Positions 15,118-26,977 of a DNA stretch of 64,000 nucleotides are shown in pieces. Numbering within the stretch: position 1 is the first letter of the stretch; each line of letters begins with the position of its first letter. The notes below the pieces were generated by a model. That model ran no database searches and was not told the DNA's origin. It worked only from the letters and a program-made list of their open reading frames with translations. Made by a program: the position numbers and the translations under genes. Location of the stretch: contig OX597828.1 of NCBI GenBank assembly GCA_951406725.2, forward strand, positions 55,800,001 to 55,864,000, read 5' to 3'. Source of the stretch: Octopus vulgaris. Taxonomy: Eukaryota.

Positions 15118-15569
15118 AATATACACATATACCTCTATGTAACTATCTCTAAAAGTCTGTTCAAATGATGTTTACTCATAAGTACTCACCGGTGCTCTAT
15201 CGATAAAAATCAACGAAATGATTTTCTCTTTGGACACACTTTCTCACCTCCTCCACTTCTTCCTCCTCCTCCTCCTCCTCCTTTCATGTACAAATACTGA
15301 AACCTCACAACTCAATGTATGTCTGTAGAACGCACATAGACGCACAGACACATTCCCTCTTACACACACAGCCATACATCATTTCTGGTCCATGCTACAG
15401 GATTTTTTTTTTTTACTTTTTAGAATCGCTTATAAAAGTCGTTGTTGAAAAAGTTTGGAATCTATAACATTATATGTCAAGAGCTTCTCATGAACTACTC
15501 AGGATATTGTAAGATATTCCAATATTCGAACAGAATCTTCCACAGTCATATTTCCTCAGTTTTTCTGTT

Positions 15570-15623
<54 letters not shown>

Positions 15624-16199
15624 GCCATTGATACAGTCCAATGTCGATCATTAAGACCATTCTTTCCTTCTCGAATTTTATCTGAAGATTCAGATGGTTG
15701 GCTCAAGTCGAGATAAGAATGAATCTTATTTTATTTTGTTCGGTTTATGTTAAATATATCCTTGTTCAGTCGTACACGCGCACGCATGCGCACGTACACA
15801 CATAAGCGCGTGCTTGCAACAGTATCTTTTACATTTTACTTGTTTAGGTCTTTCGACTGCCGCCATGTCTCGACCACTATCTCGTAGTTTAGTCGAACAA
15901 ACCCCACCGGGGGTGGGAGGAAAAGCACAAACAAAAAGGGCATACATACATAGATATATACATAGATGTAAACAAAGCGCGTACACACGCGCATACACAT
16001 ACACACACACACACATACACACGCACACACATACACACACATATATGTATATATATATATACAGGGTGCGGTGAATAAACTGTCGTCTAAATTACACAAA
16101 AGTGAAAATAACATTAGATCTGATTTTAACAGTTGTATTTACCAAATTTATATAAAAATATCTTCACCTCTCCATCTCAAATGATTATATCAGTTTACC

Positions 16200-17200
16200 T
16201 ACATTTTATTGAAGTCTTCCCCGCGACATTCCACCAGTAGCCCATTTTATTATGAGTGGCCATGCTCTGGGTTCTTATTCTTCCGACGGATTTCATTATA
16301 GATATAACCGGGGTGGCATTTTCGGACAACTGTCTATGATGTGGATGATATTTTCGGTATTCACTCCACAAAGTCTGCATCAGATGTCAGATGATACTGC
16401 TTTTCTTGCATCTTTATCCCTATTATGTATCTGGTATTTGGTAGATATTTCCTGATCCTGGATTGCAAATACTTACCCTTCAAAGGGGGGGGGGGTAGTA
16501 TTCTGGCTATTGATCGATGATTGACTGCTTTGATGAACGATGTTACGATCACCTCTGAGCTTTCTACTAACATATTCATGCATAGTCTTCTACTCATATG
16601 TGCTCATCCTTTTATCTGATGATACGTTGCAGTATAGTTGTGTGACTTTTATAGACAAGTTATCAGTTATCAGACAAGGAATGTTGCTCAAGGAGGTGCC
16701 TTGCAAGTCTCATGATGTTATCAACCTCATGTATGCAAACTTGGTCAAGGGATTCACTTCAACATATATGTATGTATTTTTGATTTTTCTTTGAATTTTA
16801 TTTAAGTTCTTCGTGAGAGTGTTCAAACTGGTCGCTAACAAAGTGACGAGACGTTTCGACTCAAGAGAGTTCTCGGTGTTTTTAAGTATGTGATTGAGTT
16901 AGTGTGTCGGTTGAACTGTTGATGCATACATCCAAGTGTGCCCATCTGTTCACGTAAGAATCTCAGATCGAGAAGTGTTTGGACGTTTAACAAATCTTCT
17001 CTTCGACACAAATACATTGGATATTGAGAATACGTGTCAGTTTCTTTTGATTTTTCTCCGTGAAAACAGGTGTTTTTAGTGGTTTTTTTGTGCAAATTTG
17101 TTGGTATATAAACAAATACACCTCTGATGATAGATACAAATGAGAATTCATATCAGGGTACAAAAGCTGTAATTTCCACATTAATTTACCATAAATGTTC
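16200..17200 (-). mobile_element. Rearranged fragments of the same R4/Dong-like family
   Basis: CRLCGVNTENIIHIIDSCPKM (CCHC knuckle) at ~16320-16385 and LQLLYPD C-terminal piece at ~17150-17175. Pieces are out of colinear order. Confidence 0.75.
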
Positions 17201-17227
17201 CTATTTTTCCTCTACCTTTGTACTATT

Positions 17228-17312
17228 GTATGTATGTATGTATGTATGTATGTATGTACGTATGTATGTATGTATGTATGTATGTATGTATGTATGTATG
17301 TATGTATGTATG
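17228..17312. repeat. (TATG)n microsatellite
   Basis: Directly visible. Confidence 0.95.
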
Positions 17313-17780
17313 CACGCGCGCGTTTGTGAATGTATATATCATACACGTATGTATGTATGTGCATGTATGCATGTAAGAATGTATGTGTGCATGTATGGGT
17401 ATAAACTTAATTTGGAGAGTATGTATGAGAATATGCATGTTTGCTTAAGCAGTCACGGAAACACATAAGTGGCAGCAGTAATATTAACAGGTAGACAAGT
17501 AGTTAAGGCATCGCTTTTGATTGTTTCCCCACACAATAAGTTATAGCAATGAATGTGAATAGATATAATAAAATATAAGACCCTGGTGCGTGTGACATCT
17601 GGATTAGTTGATCTGAAAGAAGAAGCCGCATGGAATGAAAGAACTTTGGAGAGTCAACGAGACAGTGGAAAATATGAATGAATAAGAAACGCATACACAT
17701 ACGTCGAAAGACGAACATATAAATATACGAATATATAAACATATTTTGTACATTATATATATATACATATTCCAATTTCG

Positions 17781-18086
17781 TCGCCCTTTTCAAGCCTAGT
17801 CAGGCTCATGGGCTCGGTTTCCCGGTTTCTGTGGCGTATGTGTTCCCCCCCCCCCACCCCAGCTGGACGGGACGCCAGTCCATCGCAGCGTTACTCAAGA
17901 AACAGGAAGAGAGAGTGAGCGAAATTTGTGGAGAAAGAGTACAACAGGGGTCGTTGTACTGCTGGAGCCTCGTGGAGTTTTTAGGTGTTTTCGCTCAATA
18001 AACACATACAACACCCGGTCTGGGAATTGAAACGGCGACCCTCCGACCGCGAGCCCGTTGCCCTAACCACTGGTCCATTGCGCCTC

Positions 18087-18087
<1 letters not shown>
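17781..18087 (-). mobile_element. tRNA-derived SINE family B, tail type 3
   Basis: Same head as 7669-7978. Tail GCTGCGATGGACTGGCGTCCCGTCCAGCTGGGG...AGAAACCGGGAAACC...AAAAGGGCG is shared with 35345-35575. Confidence 0.85.
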
Positions 18088-18117
<30 letters not shown>

Positions 18118-18122
18118 CTCTC

Positions 18123-18498
18123 TCTATATAAACGGCAGTTTGTCTGTGCGTTTTCTGTGTGTCTGTTTTCTCGTACCCTCACTCTGACCACGGCTTTCAA
18201 CCGATTCTGATGAAACTTGACACACACATAGCCCAATGTCATAATTCAAAACTAACGCAGCGAAAATTTTGAAAAGTTCCCCCAGTTCTGAAAAAAATCG
18301 ATAAATTCGACATGGGGTCGAGAATTAGAAACCCAAACCACAGACCGTCTAGGGGACGCAACTCCACCTTTTTTAACTCTAAAAAAATTTACCATCATTT
18401 TTTTTCCATTTTTTTGCTATTTTTTGGCTATAAATCTCTAAAAATGCTTTATAGTTATTTCCCTTACAAACCTGAGCAACGCCGGGCGATACTGCTAG
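18123..18498 (+). mobile_element. Non-autonomous Helitron
   Basis: 5' TCTATATA; 3' GC-rich hairpin CCTGAGCAACGCCGGG followed by CTAG|T. The 3' ~120 bp are shared with 40376-41012. Confidence 0.85.
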
Positions 18499-19365
18499 TA
18501 TATAATATACTTCGTCATATCTATGTGTATGTATGTGTGCGCGTTTGTGAGGGGGAACAGTATGGCAACATGGGATATGAGCATTGCTATTGGTGCACAG
18601 AATGCATTTGAATGTCGGACGATGATTGTATATGGATATGATTTGCATAATCTTATGTTGCGATGGTTATGTAGAATATGTAATGTGTGTCTGTGTGTTT
18701 GTGTGCGCATGTGTGTGCGTGTGTGCATGTGTGTATGTATTTTCTTTTCTTGGGTAACGAGTGTCTGGAGTTAGACGTTCTATGAGATATGTTTAAAGTT
18801 TACTGTCAGTTTTGAAAAAAAAACAAAAAAACAAATCGGAGCTCATTGTACTTTTGTTTCGTTTAGTGTTTCATTTTGTGTTCGATTTTTGCATCGAATT
18901 AAAAGTACTTTACACAGAACTGTGCGTTGGTTAGTCATGTATTATTTATACTGTTATATATCTATAAGTCTTATTTGGTTATATATTTTATCTGCATCTT
19001 ATATTTTGTTTTATATAACTTTCGGTGCATTTGTTACTATGTGAATCGATTTGGCTTTCAATCTTCATTTTGATGTTTCCAGGTCTTTATAATGCGATAA
19101 TTTTTCAGCGATATTTAGTGTTAAGCTCTCATCTCCATACACCAGTTAAGAGACTTTTCCTTTCCTGATCGTCTTTGATAATAATCCCTCTGTGATGTAC
19201 TTTATCTGCTGTATTGTATCAAGTGTGATGATTCTTGACTTTTTTTTCTGTTCATTCCACAGGGTACACAAGACAAGAACAAAGAATACATTTTGCTTCA
19301 TTAACCCTTTATCGTTTATGAAACTTTTAACCTCATTTTAATAGTCTTTCTATTTCTCATTTCAG

Positions 19366-19669
19366 GTTGATAAAAAAGGGCCAGGATCAAAAGACTCTTG
19401 TTAATTATGACGAACTCGACGAGACGTATGGTGATGATGAATCGCCACCGGGGCCAAGGAAAACTTTACCGATGCCAGGGCCCTTACCACCAGTCCCAGC
19501 ACCGAAATGCATGTGTTTCCAGTCCAGGCAACGTTACTTAATAGCATTGCTCAGTAGTTTAGGCTTCCTCATCTCCTTCGGTATTAGATGTAACATGGGC
19601 GTGGCCATTGTAATGATGGTAAACAACGACACAGACATTGATTCTTCGCAGAACACAACCGAAGTGAGA
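19366..19669 (+). CDS. VGLUT: Vesicular glutamate transporter (SLC17A6/7/8-like), first visible coding exon: N-terminal tail, TM1, start of luminal loop 1
   Basis: Acceptor tttctcatttcag|G and donor AGA|gtaagt. Translation LIKKG...[42 protein letters not shown] matches the VGLUT TM1 signature ([26 protein letters not shown]). Starts in phase 2 and ends in phase 0, matching the next exon. Confidence 0.95.
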
Positions 19670-20857
19670 GTAAGTTCACCGTATTTTTATTTATTTACTT
19701 CCATATTATTATTAAATTCTCTGCACTTTCTTTTCTTTTCTTTAGTATTTTTCTAATTGTTTTATTTATCGTAAACACTTGCTTTTGGTACATACCTGGA
19801 CATACGTAAAAGTAATGGACCACAGATTCTAAACGAATAAGGGAACCTGATATTTTGAGAATCTTGAATACATTTCATTTCAGTAGTGTTTTCCATGCTT
19901 AAATCAAACTGAGCTCTGATCAAGCAGGCATATGTCCAAAGGCATATGTCCATCGAATATTTTTAAAGGCACGGAGAAGTATATTGTCTAAGTTCTTATT
20001 TAAGAATCTATGTGTACGAATTGAAGGACACTTGTGTGCTTTTTCTAGGAAATTAACCGACCCTAAGAAGACTCCATGATCGGATCCGTCAGTCTTCGTG
20101 TATTACGTAATGCAGCGAAGTTTTACTGAGAAGTTGACACCTTTTTATCTTCCATAAAGCTACTAAGGAGTAAGTAAAGCAGGCATAGCTATGTGATTGA
20201 GAGGAGCTATTCGCTGGTTGATTAGCTTCACGTCTGGCCTGATTAATCAAACCTATAATCAAAGTTGACCTGGCCGGGATCTTTCCGTTTTTGTTTGATG
20301 TACAATGTGTGTTGGAGAAATATATGACTTTCCTTTTTTAACACAGCTGAGTGTAATTTCGAGTTAATTTGGTGAGTATTTCTATGAAGTTAGACAATTA
20401 TTTAGACTTGACGGTTGGTAGTTTATAAGTCGATATCGGATATAATGACTGAATCAATTTCATAAAAGTGTGTCAACTCATTATCTCTCATGCTTACACG
20501 ATAAAATGAGTACGGTAGGGGAATAAATCGCAAATATTTCGTATTACAGTATGTATATTGGCATGGTTCTAGATCATTACTGCTATAACATTGTCAATCA
20601 TAGTATTTGTATACTAATAGTAGACTACATAATCAAAGAGTAAATTATTTTAGCCACTTATATATCTCAGTGCTACTGACGTTCACGGACGGCTTACTTA
20701 TCACAATTTTTCTGAAGTAGGTTTACGCTTTGGTTCGTTCAGTGTAAATGTAGCGTAGCTTGTTCAATTTAGTTAAGGTGGAATACTTAGAGTAAATGAT
20801 GATACCGTAGATAAATAGGGCCATTAGCTATGTTGTCGATATATACCTAGTATAAGG

Positions 20858-21050
20858 CCGTCAGCAGGTCGGGCAAAATGCTTAGCGGCATTTCGTTCGT
20901 CTTTACGTTCTGGCTCCAAATTCCACTTCGGTCGACTTTGCCTTTCATCTTTTTGGGATCTGGGAAAAAAGTACCAGTTCAAAACTGGGGTCGATGTAAT
21001 TGATACACTTCCTCCCCCGAAATTGCTGGCCTTGTGCCAAAATTTAAAAC
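20858..21050 (+). mobile_element. SINE family C
   Basis: GGGCAAAATGCTTAGCGGCATTTCG...GTCGACTTTGCCTTTCATC...GGCCTTGTGCCAAAATTT, matching the other copies. Confidence 0.8.
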
Positions 21051-21944
21051 CTAGTACGTTATTATTTTGATTTTTGCAATTAGCCAAAGATAGATATTGC
21101 CAAACGGATTCTGATTTATTACCGATAAACATTTTATAAACACTGAATCATGCACAATTTCTAAGCAGAACCTGTAATGTGTGAGAAAAATATAAAAAAA
21201 AGTAACACTAATCCTCATGGAATGTGACTTACTTCAGTGTTCCATATTCTAAGCCATTCTGTATTCTATATTTTTTGCAGCGAATTTTATCATTCATGAT
21301 ATCAACAGATATTAAATATTCATTTGATTCTCGAGCATGAAAGTAAACTATAATAACTGATTGGTGTTGTTGTTATAGTTGCTGTTGTTGTTGTTGTTGT
21401 TGCTGCTGCTACTCTGCTGTTGTTGCTATTGCTGCAATGGCTTTAGCAGTAGGGGTTGTAGTTTAGTCTAAAGACTGTGTTGAGTAGACACATGATAAAA
21501 TAAAAAATCATTTCTGCTGTAAGTAACCTTTGTGTTATGTAGGCTCTATATTATATAAGATTTGACTACATATTCTAGCAAGGCTTTATTCCTTGTCAAA
21601 ATATGTAACTAGGGTATGCTTGTTCAATGTTAGAAAATGCTAAAACATAAGTTACGTTCCCGATAATTTAAATGCATAACTCTGATAAACAGGCGATTTA
21701 TCTTGATGCAGCCGTCAGTCAATGTAGGAATTTAAAAGGAGTTATAATGAGCAAAATGTGTCATTTATAATTGTAACACATAATTGCAGTTCATGGCACA
21801 CAGGACATGCAAATGAGGACTTAGAGAGTTGATATAATCAGAAATATTCGCGCAATAATATTTCATATATGAGCTCATATCTATATCTATAAGACTTTCA
21901 TGTTGAGATCTTTTATCGTTTATATGTTGCTTATATCATTCATT

Positions 21945-22140
21945 AAACTGCGGTCATGCTGGAGCACCCCCTAGAATAATTTTTATCAAACGAAGGCATC
22001 GATCCTATTACTCATTATCGTTTTTGTAAAGCCTGATACTTATTCTATCGGTCTCTTTTGGTGAATCCCTAGGTTGCCAAGACTTAACGCACACCAAAAT
22101 CGGTTGTCAAGTGGAGGTAGGGGGGGTACAAAACCGGCAG
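21945..22140 (-). mobile_element. SINE family A, 3' half, degenerate
   Basis: TGCGGTCATGCTGGAGCACC...TTATTCTATCGGTCTCTTTTG...TCGGTTGTCAAG is the reverse complement of the family A tail. Confidence 0.75.
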
Positions 22141-22945
22141 AAAGGCACACACACACACACACACACACACATACGCGCACATATCTGTAAGCGTGGATAC
22201 GACGGACTATAGATATATATGCATATTCAGTCGAAGCTGTGTGTTCACTCCGTGTTAAGATGTATATATCGAGTCTATTTTTTTTGGTATTCAAAGAGAG
22301 AATAAACCTGTTGCATAACAATAACTGCTTTGACTACATTTCCAACTGAGGCTAGAAATGTATGTTAATAAAAACAATTATTCTGCAACTTTTGAAAATT
22401 ACACAAGAAAATGGATTTGTTGTGCATCATAAAGAAGTAAATTAATGCGTATTATCCGTCTGAATGTGTAACTAACCGGGGTACTCATTAACTGTTATTG
22501 TAACATCACAAAATAGCTATAAATTTGTAAATTTGTAATCATTCTCTGATGAAGATCTAGGAACACTAGAAAATGGACGGGACGAGCACATGAGATATAA
22601 AATCTGTTTTGTTTTTACTGTTTATTTTTCGTTGCGGGACTTTTTGTACATTAATCGAACATTTTTAACTTACCTTTTAATTTACTAAGATAGGCTTTGT
22701 AGTATACTAGGAGTTAATTAATTAATCTACATTGGTCAGGTCATTTACCGTTTCATATAAGGGTACCATCGTCTTTCTATTGATTCAAATGATTTTTGTT
22801 TCGAATGGGCAGATAAAATTGCGTGACATTACGTTTCGTCAACTAGAAAGAAACATTTTAGAGACATAATTGAAAGAAAACTATTTCAGTCGAATATCAC
22901 CCTCGCTTCTATGAATTTAATCCCAGAATGAAGAAAACATTAAGA

Positions 22946-23372
22946 GGCGTAGGAGTGGCTGTGTGGTAAGTAGCTTGCTTACCAACCACATGGTTGCGGG
23001 TTCAGTCCCACTGCGTGGCACCTTGGGCAAGTGTTTTCTACTATAGCCTCGAGCCAACCAAAGCCTTGTGAAGGGATTTAGTAGAAGGAAACTGAAAGAA
23101 GCCCGTCGTATATATGTATGTATATATATATCTATGTGTGTGTATATGTTTGTGTGTCTGTGTTTGTCCCCCCTCCCCCCAGCATCGCTTGACAACCGAT
23201 GCTGGTGTGTTTACGTCCCCGTAACGTAGCGGTTCGGCAAAATAGACCGATAAAATAAATACTAGGCTTGCAAAGAATAAGTCCTGAGTTCGATTTGCTC
23301 GACTAAAGGCGGTGCTCCAGCATGACCACAGTCAAATGACTGAAACAAATAAAAGAGTAAAAGAGTAAGAGT
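22946..23372 (+). mobile_element. tRNA-derived SINE family A (GGCGTAGGAGTGGCTGTGTGGTAAG-head), full length
   Basis: A/B-box-like head (GGTTCAGTCCC), internal (TA)/(TG) tract, AGCATCG-n9-CGATGCT hairpin and (TAAAAGAG)n tail. Highly similar to 59101-59512. Confidence 0.9.
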
Positions 23373-23989
23373 GAACAAGAAACCAAAATATATGAATTTT
23401 AGGAATTGTGTTCGGTGCTCGACCAGGTATTTTCAAATGTTTCCTACATGAGATTCCAATGAAGAAAACGTAAACTTGAATTCTATTTTCTGTGCATAGA
23501 ATCAGTAATTATAACAATCGAAATTTGGAGATTTAGCAAACTAAGAAATTCTTTAATGATTTTACAATCATTACTTTCAAGTTTTCTCTGAGTAAGCCGG
23601 GAGAGGACCGGCTAGAGAATGTTGCTGATAAACAAAATTAATATATAATTGAAGACCGTAATGAAAATGAGTGGATTAAGACATAAAAGGGAAATTTATT
23701 TCATGATGTCTTTAGATTTACGATAAGAACAAAGAAATTTATTTTAATCCATAAATAATAGGTCATGAAACAATATTTGGAATTGAAACCTTGTTCGTGA
23801 TACGTAGAGTGTAATAAGATAGAATGTTTCCCATGGCTTTGAAGTAAAGAACCATGAAATTTTAATTAAAAACAGGATACAAAGAGACCAGACAAGAAAA
23901 AAATTCTAAAAGCGAAAAGTTTTAAAAAGCACAGCATTGTTATTAAAATCGTGTATCGGACAATGCTTTGTTGTAGATTTATAATAATT

Positions 23990-24345
23990 TCGTGATTTTA
24001 TTTTTAATGCGAGATAATATATATTTATATATATATATACACATTTATATATTAAAAAAAATACAAAATGGGACAAGAACGCAAAACATCCGGATAGACG
24101 ATTCAAAAAACACGGACGGGTCATTCGAAGCCTTTAATCTTCAGTCAAGGACCGGATCATCCTCGCAATTTCGGCTGATTAATCTTGAGATTGCTCCAAT
24201 GTGGCCAGCCCGAAGGAAAAACTAAGCTAAGAGCATTAGATTCCTTGGAAAAGGATCGAATGTATACGAAACAAGGACGGGAAAACGGACGATGTTACAC
24301 GAATCTAAATACAAAAATAACAATAATAATAATAACAGGACATAG
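23990..24345. repeat. Unclassified interspersed repeat, possibly a Penelope-like terminal repeat
   Basis: GC-richer island between (TA)n and (AAT)n with internal repeats (ACGGACGGG/AGGACGGG, TTAATCTT x2). Classification is inference only. Confidence 0.35.
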
Positions 24346-24782
24346 TTTTAATCTGCATTGATATAAGCGACTTTATCACCCTTTCCTTATCAATCATTTA
24401 TGAGCATTAATACCAATACTCATAATCACATATAGGTAATACACCAGTAATTCATTGGATACGAATATCCATTAGACGGTTTTTATAACCTCTAATTAGA
24501 CTTGCTCTCTCTCTTTATATATATGAAATAATAGAGGCAGCTATATATAAAACCAAAAGGGAAAAGTTCAATCGTCATTAATTGTGACCGAGGGTCTTGG
24601 TAGTACCTATTTTACTAGGAATAAGACTTTAAACTCTTAGAACCACAAGGAAGAACGTTTTCATATACTGACAGAGGTGAAAAACCGCCTCATGAGCGAA
24701 GCTAGATCCCTGGAATAGACTTGTTTCATGTGTAAAATTACAGACATGTCAGCAGTGGCTATTCCATCACCGAATGGCTTCG

Positions 24783-25154
24783 CCGCCATGCTTGATTGCT
24801 AAATCCGCAAGAGCGAATCGACCCCAAGACTTATTCTTTATAAGCCTAGTACCTATCTATTGAGCGCTTTTGCCGAACCGCTAAGTTAGCGGGACGCAAA
24901 CACACCAGCATCGGTTGTCAAGCGATTTTCAGGGGACAACAAAGACACACAAACATATTTACACACATACATATATATATATACATATATACGACGGGCT
25001 TCTTTCAATTTCCGTCAACCAAATCCACTCACAAGGCTTTGGTCGGCCCGAGGCTATAGTAGAAGACATTTGCCCAAAGTGCCACGCAGTGGGACTTAAC
25101 TAGGGACCATGTGGTTTGTAAGCAAGCTTCTTACCACACAGCCACTCCTACGCC
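24783..25154 (-). mobile_element. SINE family A, near full length
   Basis: Ends in CTTACCACACAGCCACTCCTACGCC, the reverse complement of the family A head. Body matches 22946-23372. Confidence 0.9.
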
Positions 25155-25176
25155 TATTATATATGTATATGCACAC

Positions 25177-25211
<35 letters not shown>

Positions 25212-25221
<10 letters not shown>

Positions 25222-25420
25222 ATATAAAATCCGTTCTGTCTGTCTGTGTGTCTTCTAGGATCTCTGGCATCCTCCATCCGATGAATATGTAGATACCGAC
25301 AGTATCAGAGCGTGTATAAGTCTTGAAAAAATTACAAAAATCGATTCCAAGTGAGAATGCGATCGATAAAGCCGTGGGAACGTGCATTTGTAAAATCGTT
25401 TTTCTTGGAATAGAAATAAA
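25212..25420 (+). mobile_element. Probable Helitron-type 5' fragment
   Basis: TATATAATATAAAATCCG.TCTGTCTGTCTGTGTG start resembles the 5' ends of 18123 and 41012. No 3' end seen. Confidence 0.4.
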
Positions 25421-25586
25421 GTCTATCTTTATTTCTTCTTTGGCTGGTGTCTCAAATTTAGGTTAAATCAGTGTTTCTCAAAGGGGAGGCCTATGGGACG
25501 GTCGGACAAGTTGTTTTGAGAAAATTTTGTTTAAATGTTTGAGAACTCAACACCGTCCATTGGACGGAGAGGGGGAGTTTTACTCG

Positions 25587-25628
<42 letters not shown>

Positions 25629-25967
25629 AATATATATATATATATATAAGTTATATGAACGTATTTCTCCAGTTTGAATGGAGTAATTAGTATTACTATT
25701 TACTATATTAAATGAGTGTTGCTGGTGTTGTTGTGGTTATTGTTTCAGCTGCTGTCATTGCAGTCGTTCTGGTGATTATAGGTTTATTTATTCTTGCTGC
25801 TCTCTGTCACATCGAGAGATTGTGCTGGTAACTTTGAACAGAGTAATGTATGCAATATTGATTGAACACCTATGGGGAATTTGTTTTACTATGTTTGACT
25901 TGGCAGAGTAGTTACCTCCTGGAGGAAAATGCATAGGAGTATTTGACCTGTCTTTACCTTCAAATTT

Positions 25968-26625
25968 CAAATTCCACCGAGGTCGACTTTGACTTTCATC
26001 CTTTCATGGTCGATGAAATAAGGATTTAACTGCGCTTTGGGATCGATATAATAGATTGATCCTCCTCGCTCAAATTTCAGGCTTTGTGTCTATAGAAGAA
26101 AGAATTGTTGAACTGGTAGTAATATTACCGTGCTACATAAAATGCTCACTGGCATTTCTTCCAGCTCTCTCCGTTCTGAGTTCAAATAACATCGAATTCA
26201 TCTTTGCCTTTCCTCCGACTCGAGGCCGTAAAACGTGATGCCAGACCAAGGCTAGGATCAAGGTGTATATCTTTCTGCCTGTGTTTGTCCTTCTGCTCGG
26301 GAACAAGTTTTCGCTTGCATATGTCCCTGTACTTGAAAGTTTCGGCCAAAGATACTACTAGAATAAGTACCAGGCCTTTTAAAAAGAAATTCTGAGGTCA
26401 TTTGGTTCTACTAAAAATTCAAGGCGGTGCCCCAGTGAATTTTAAAGACTGTTTTTGTGTTTGTCACACTCTTCCTGCTTCACAACTGGTGTAGGTTTGT
26501 TTACGTCACCGTAACCTAGCGGTTGGTCAAAAATACCGATGGAATAAGTACAAGACTTGGGTCGCTTTGTTCGAATAAATTCTTCAAAACGGCACCATAG
26601 CATTGCCTTGGTCCAAAGTTTGACA
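25968..26625 (+). mobile_element. Cluster of partial SINEs: two family C (25968-26240) and two family A 3' halves (26262-26625)
   Basis: GAGGTCGACTTTGACTTTCATCC; CGTTCTGAGTTCAAA; GAATAAGTAC occurs twice; AAGGCGGTGCCCCAG. Confidence 0.75.
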
Positions 26626-26672
26626 CATACAAAAGTTAAAAGATATAGATAACTATACCCATAGTAGCTTGC

Positions 26673-26977
26673 GTGGAGGCACATGTCTTAGTGGTTAGAG
26701 CAGCGGACTCGCGGTCGAAGGATCGCTGATTCGAATCTCAGACCGGGCGATGTGTGTGTTTATGAGCAAAACATCTAAGTTCCACGCGGCTCCGGCAGAA
26801 GGTAATGGCGAACTTCTGCTGACTCTTTTGCCACATCTTTCTCTCACTCTTTCCTCCCGCATCTTGCAGCTCACCTGCGACGGACCGGCGTTCCGTCCAG
26901 GTGGGGGAACCTATACCCCAAGAAAACCGGGGAAACCGGCCCTTGTGAGCCAGGCATGGCTCAAGAAAGAACAGACA
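26673..26977 (+). mobile_element. tRNA-derived SINE family B, tail type 1, with perfect 12-bp TSD
   Basis: ATAGTAGCTTGC at 26661-26672 and 26978-26989. tRNA-like head GGAGGCACATG..TTAGTGGTTAGAGCAGCGGACTCGCGGTC...TTCGAATCTCAGACC. Confidence 0.92.

Noticed and set aside
26675-26750. tRNA-like sequences at SINE heads
   Set aside because: They continue into SINE bodies with tails and TSDs, so they are not tRNA genes.
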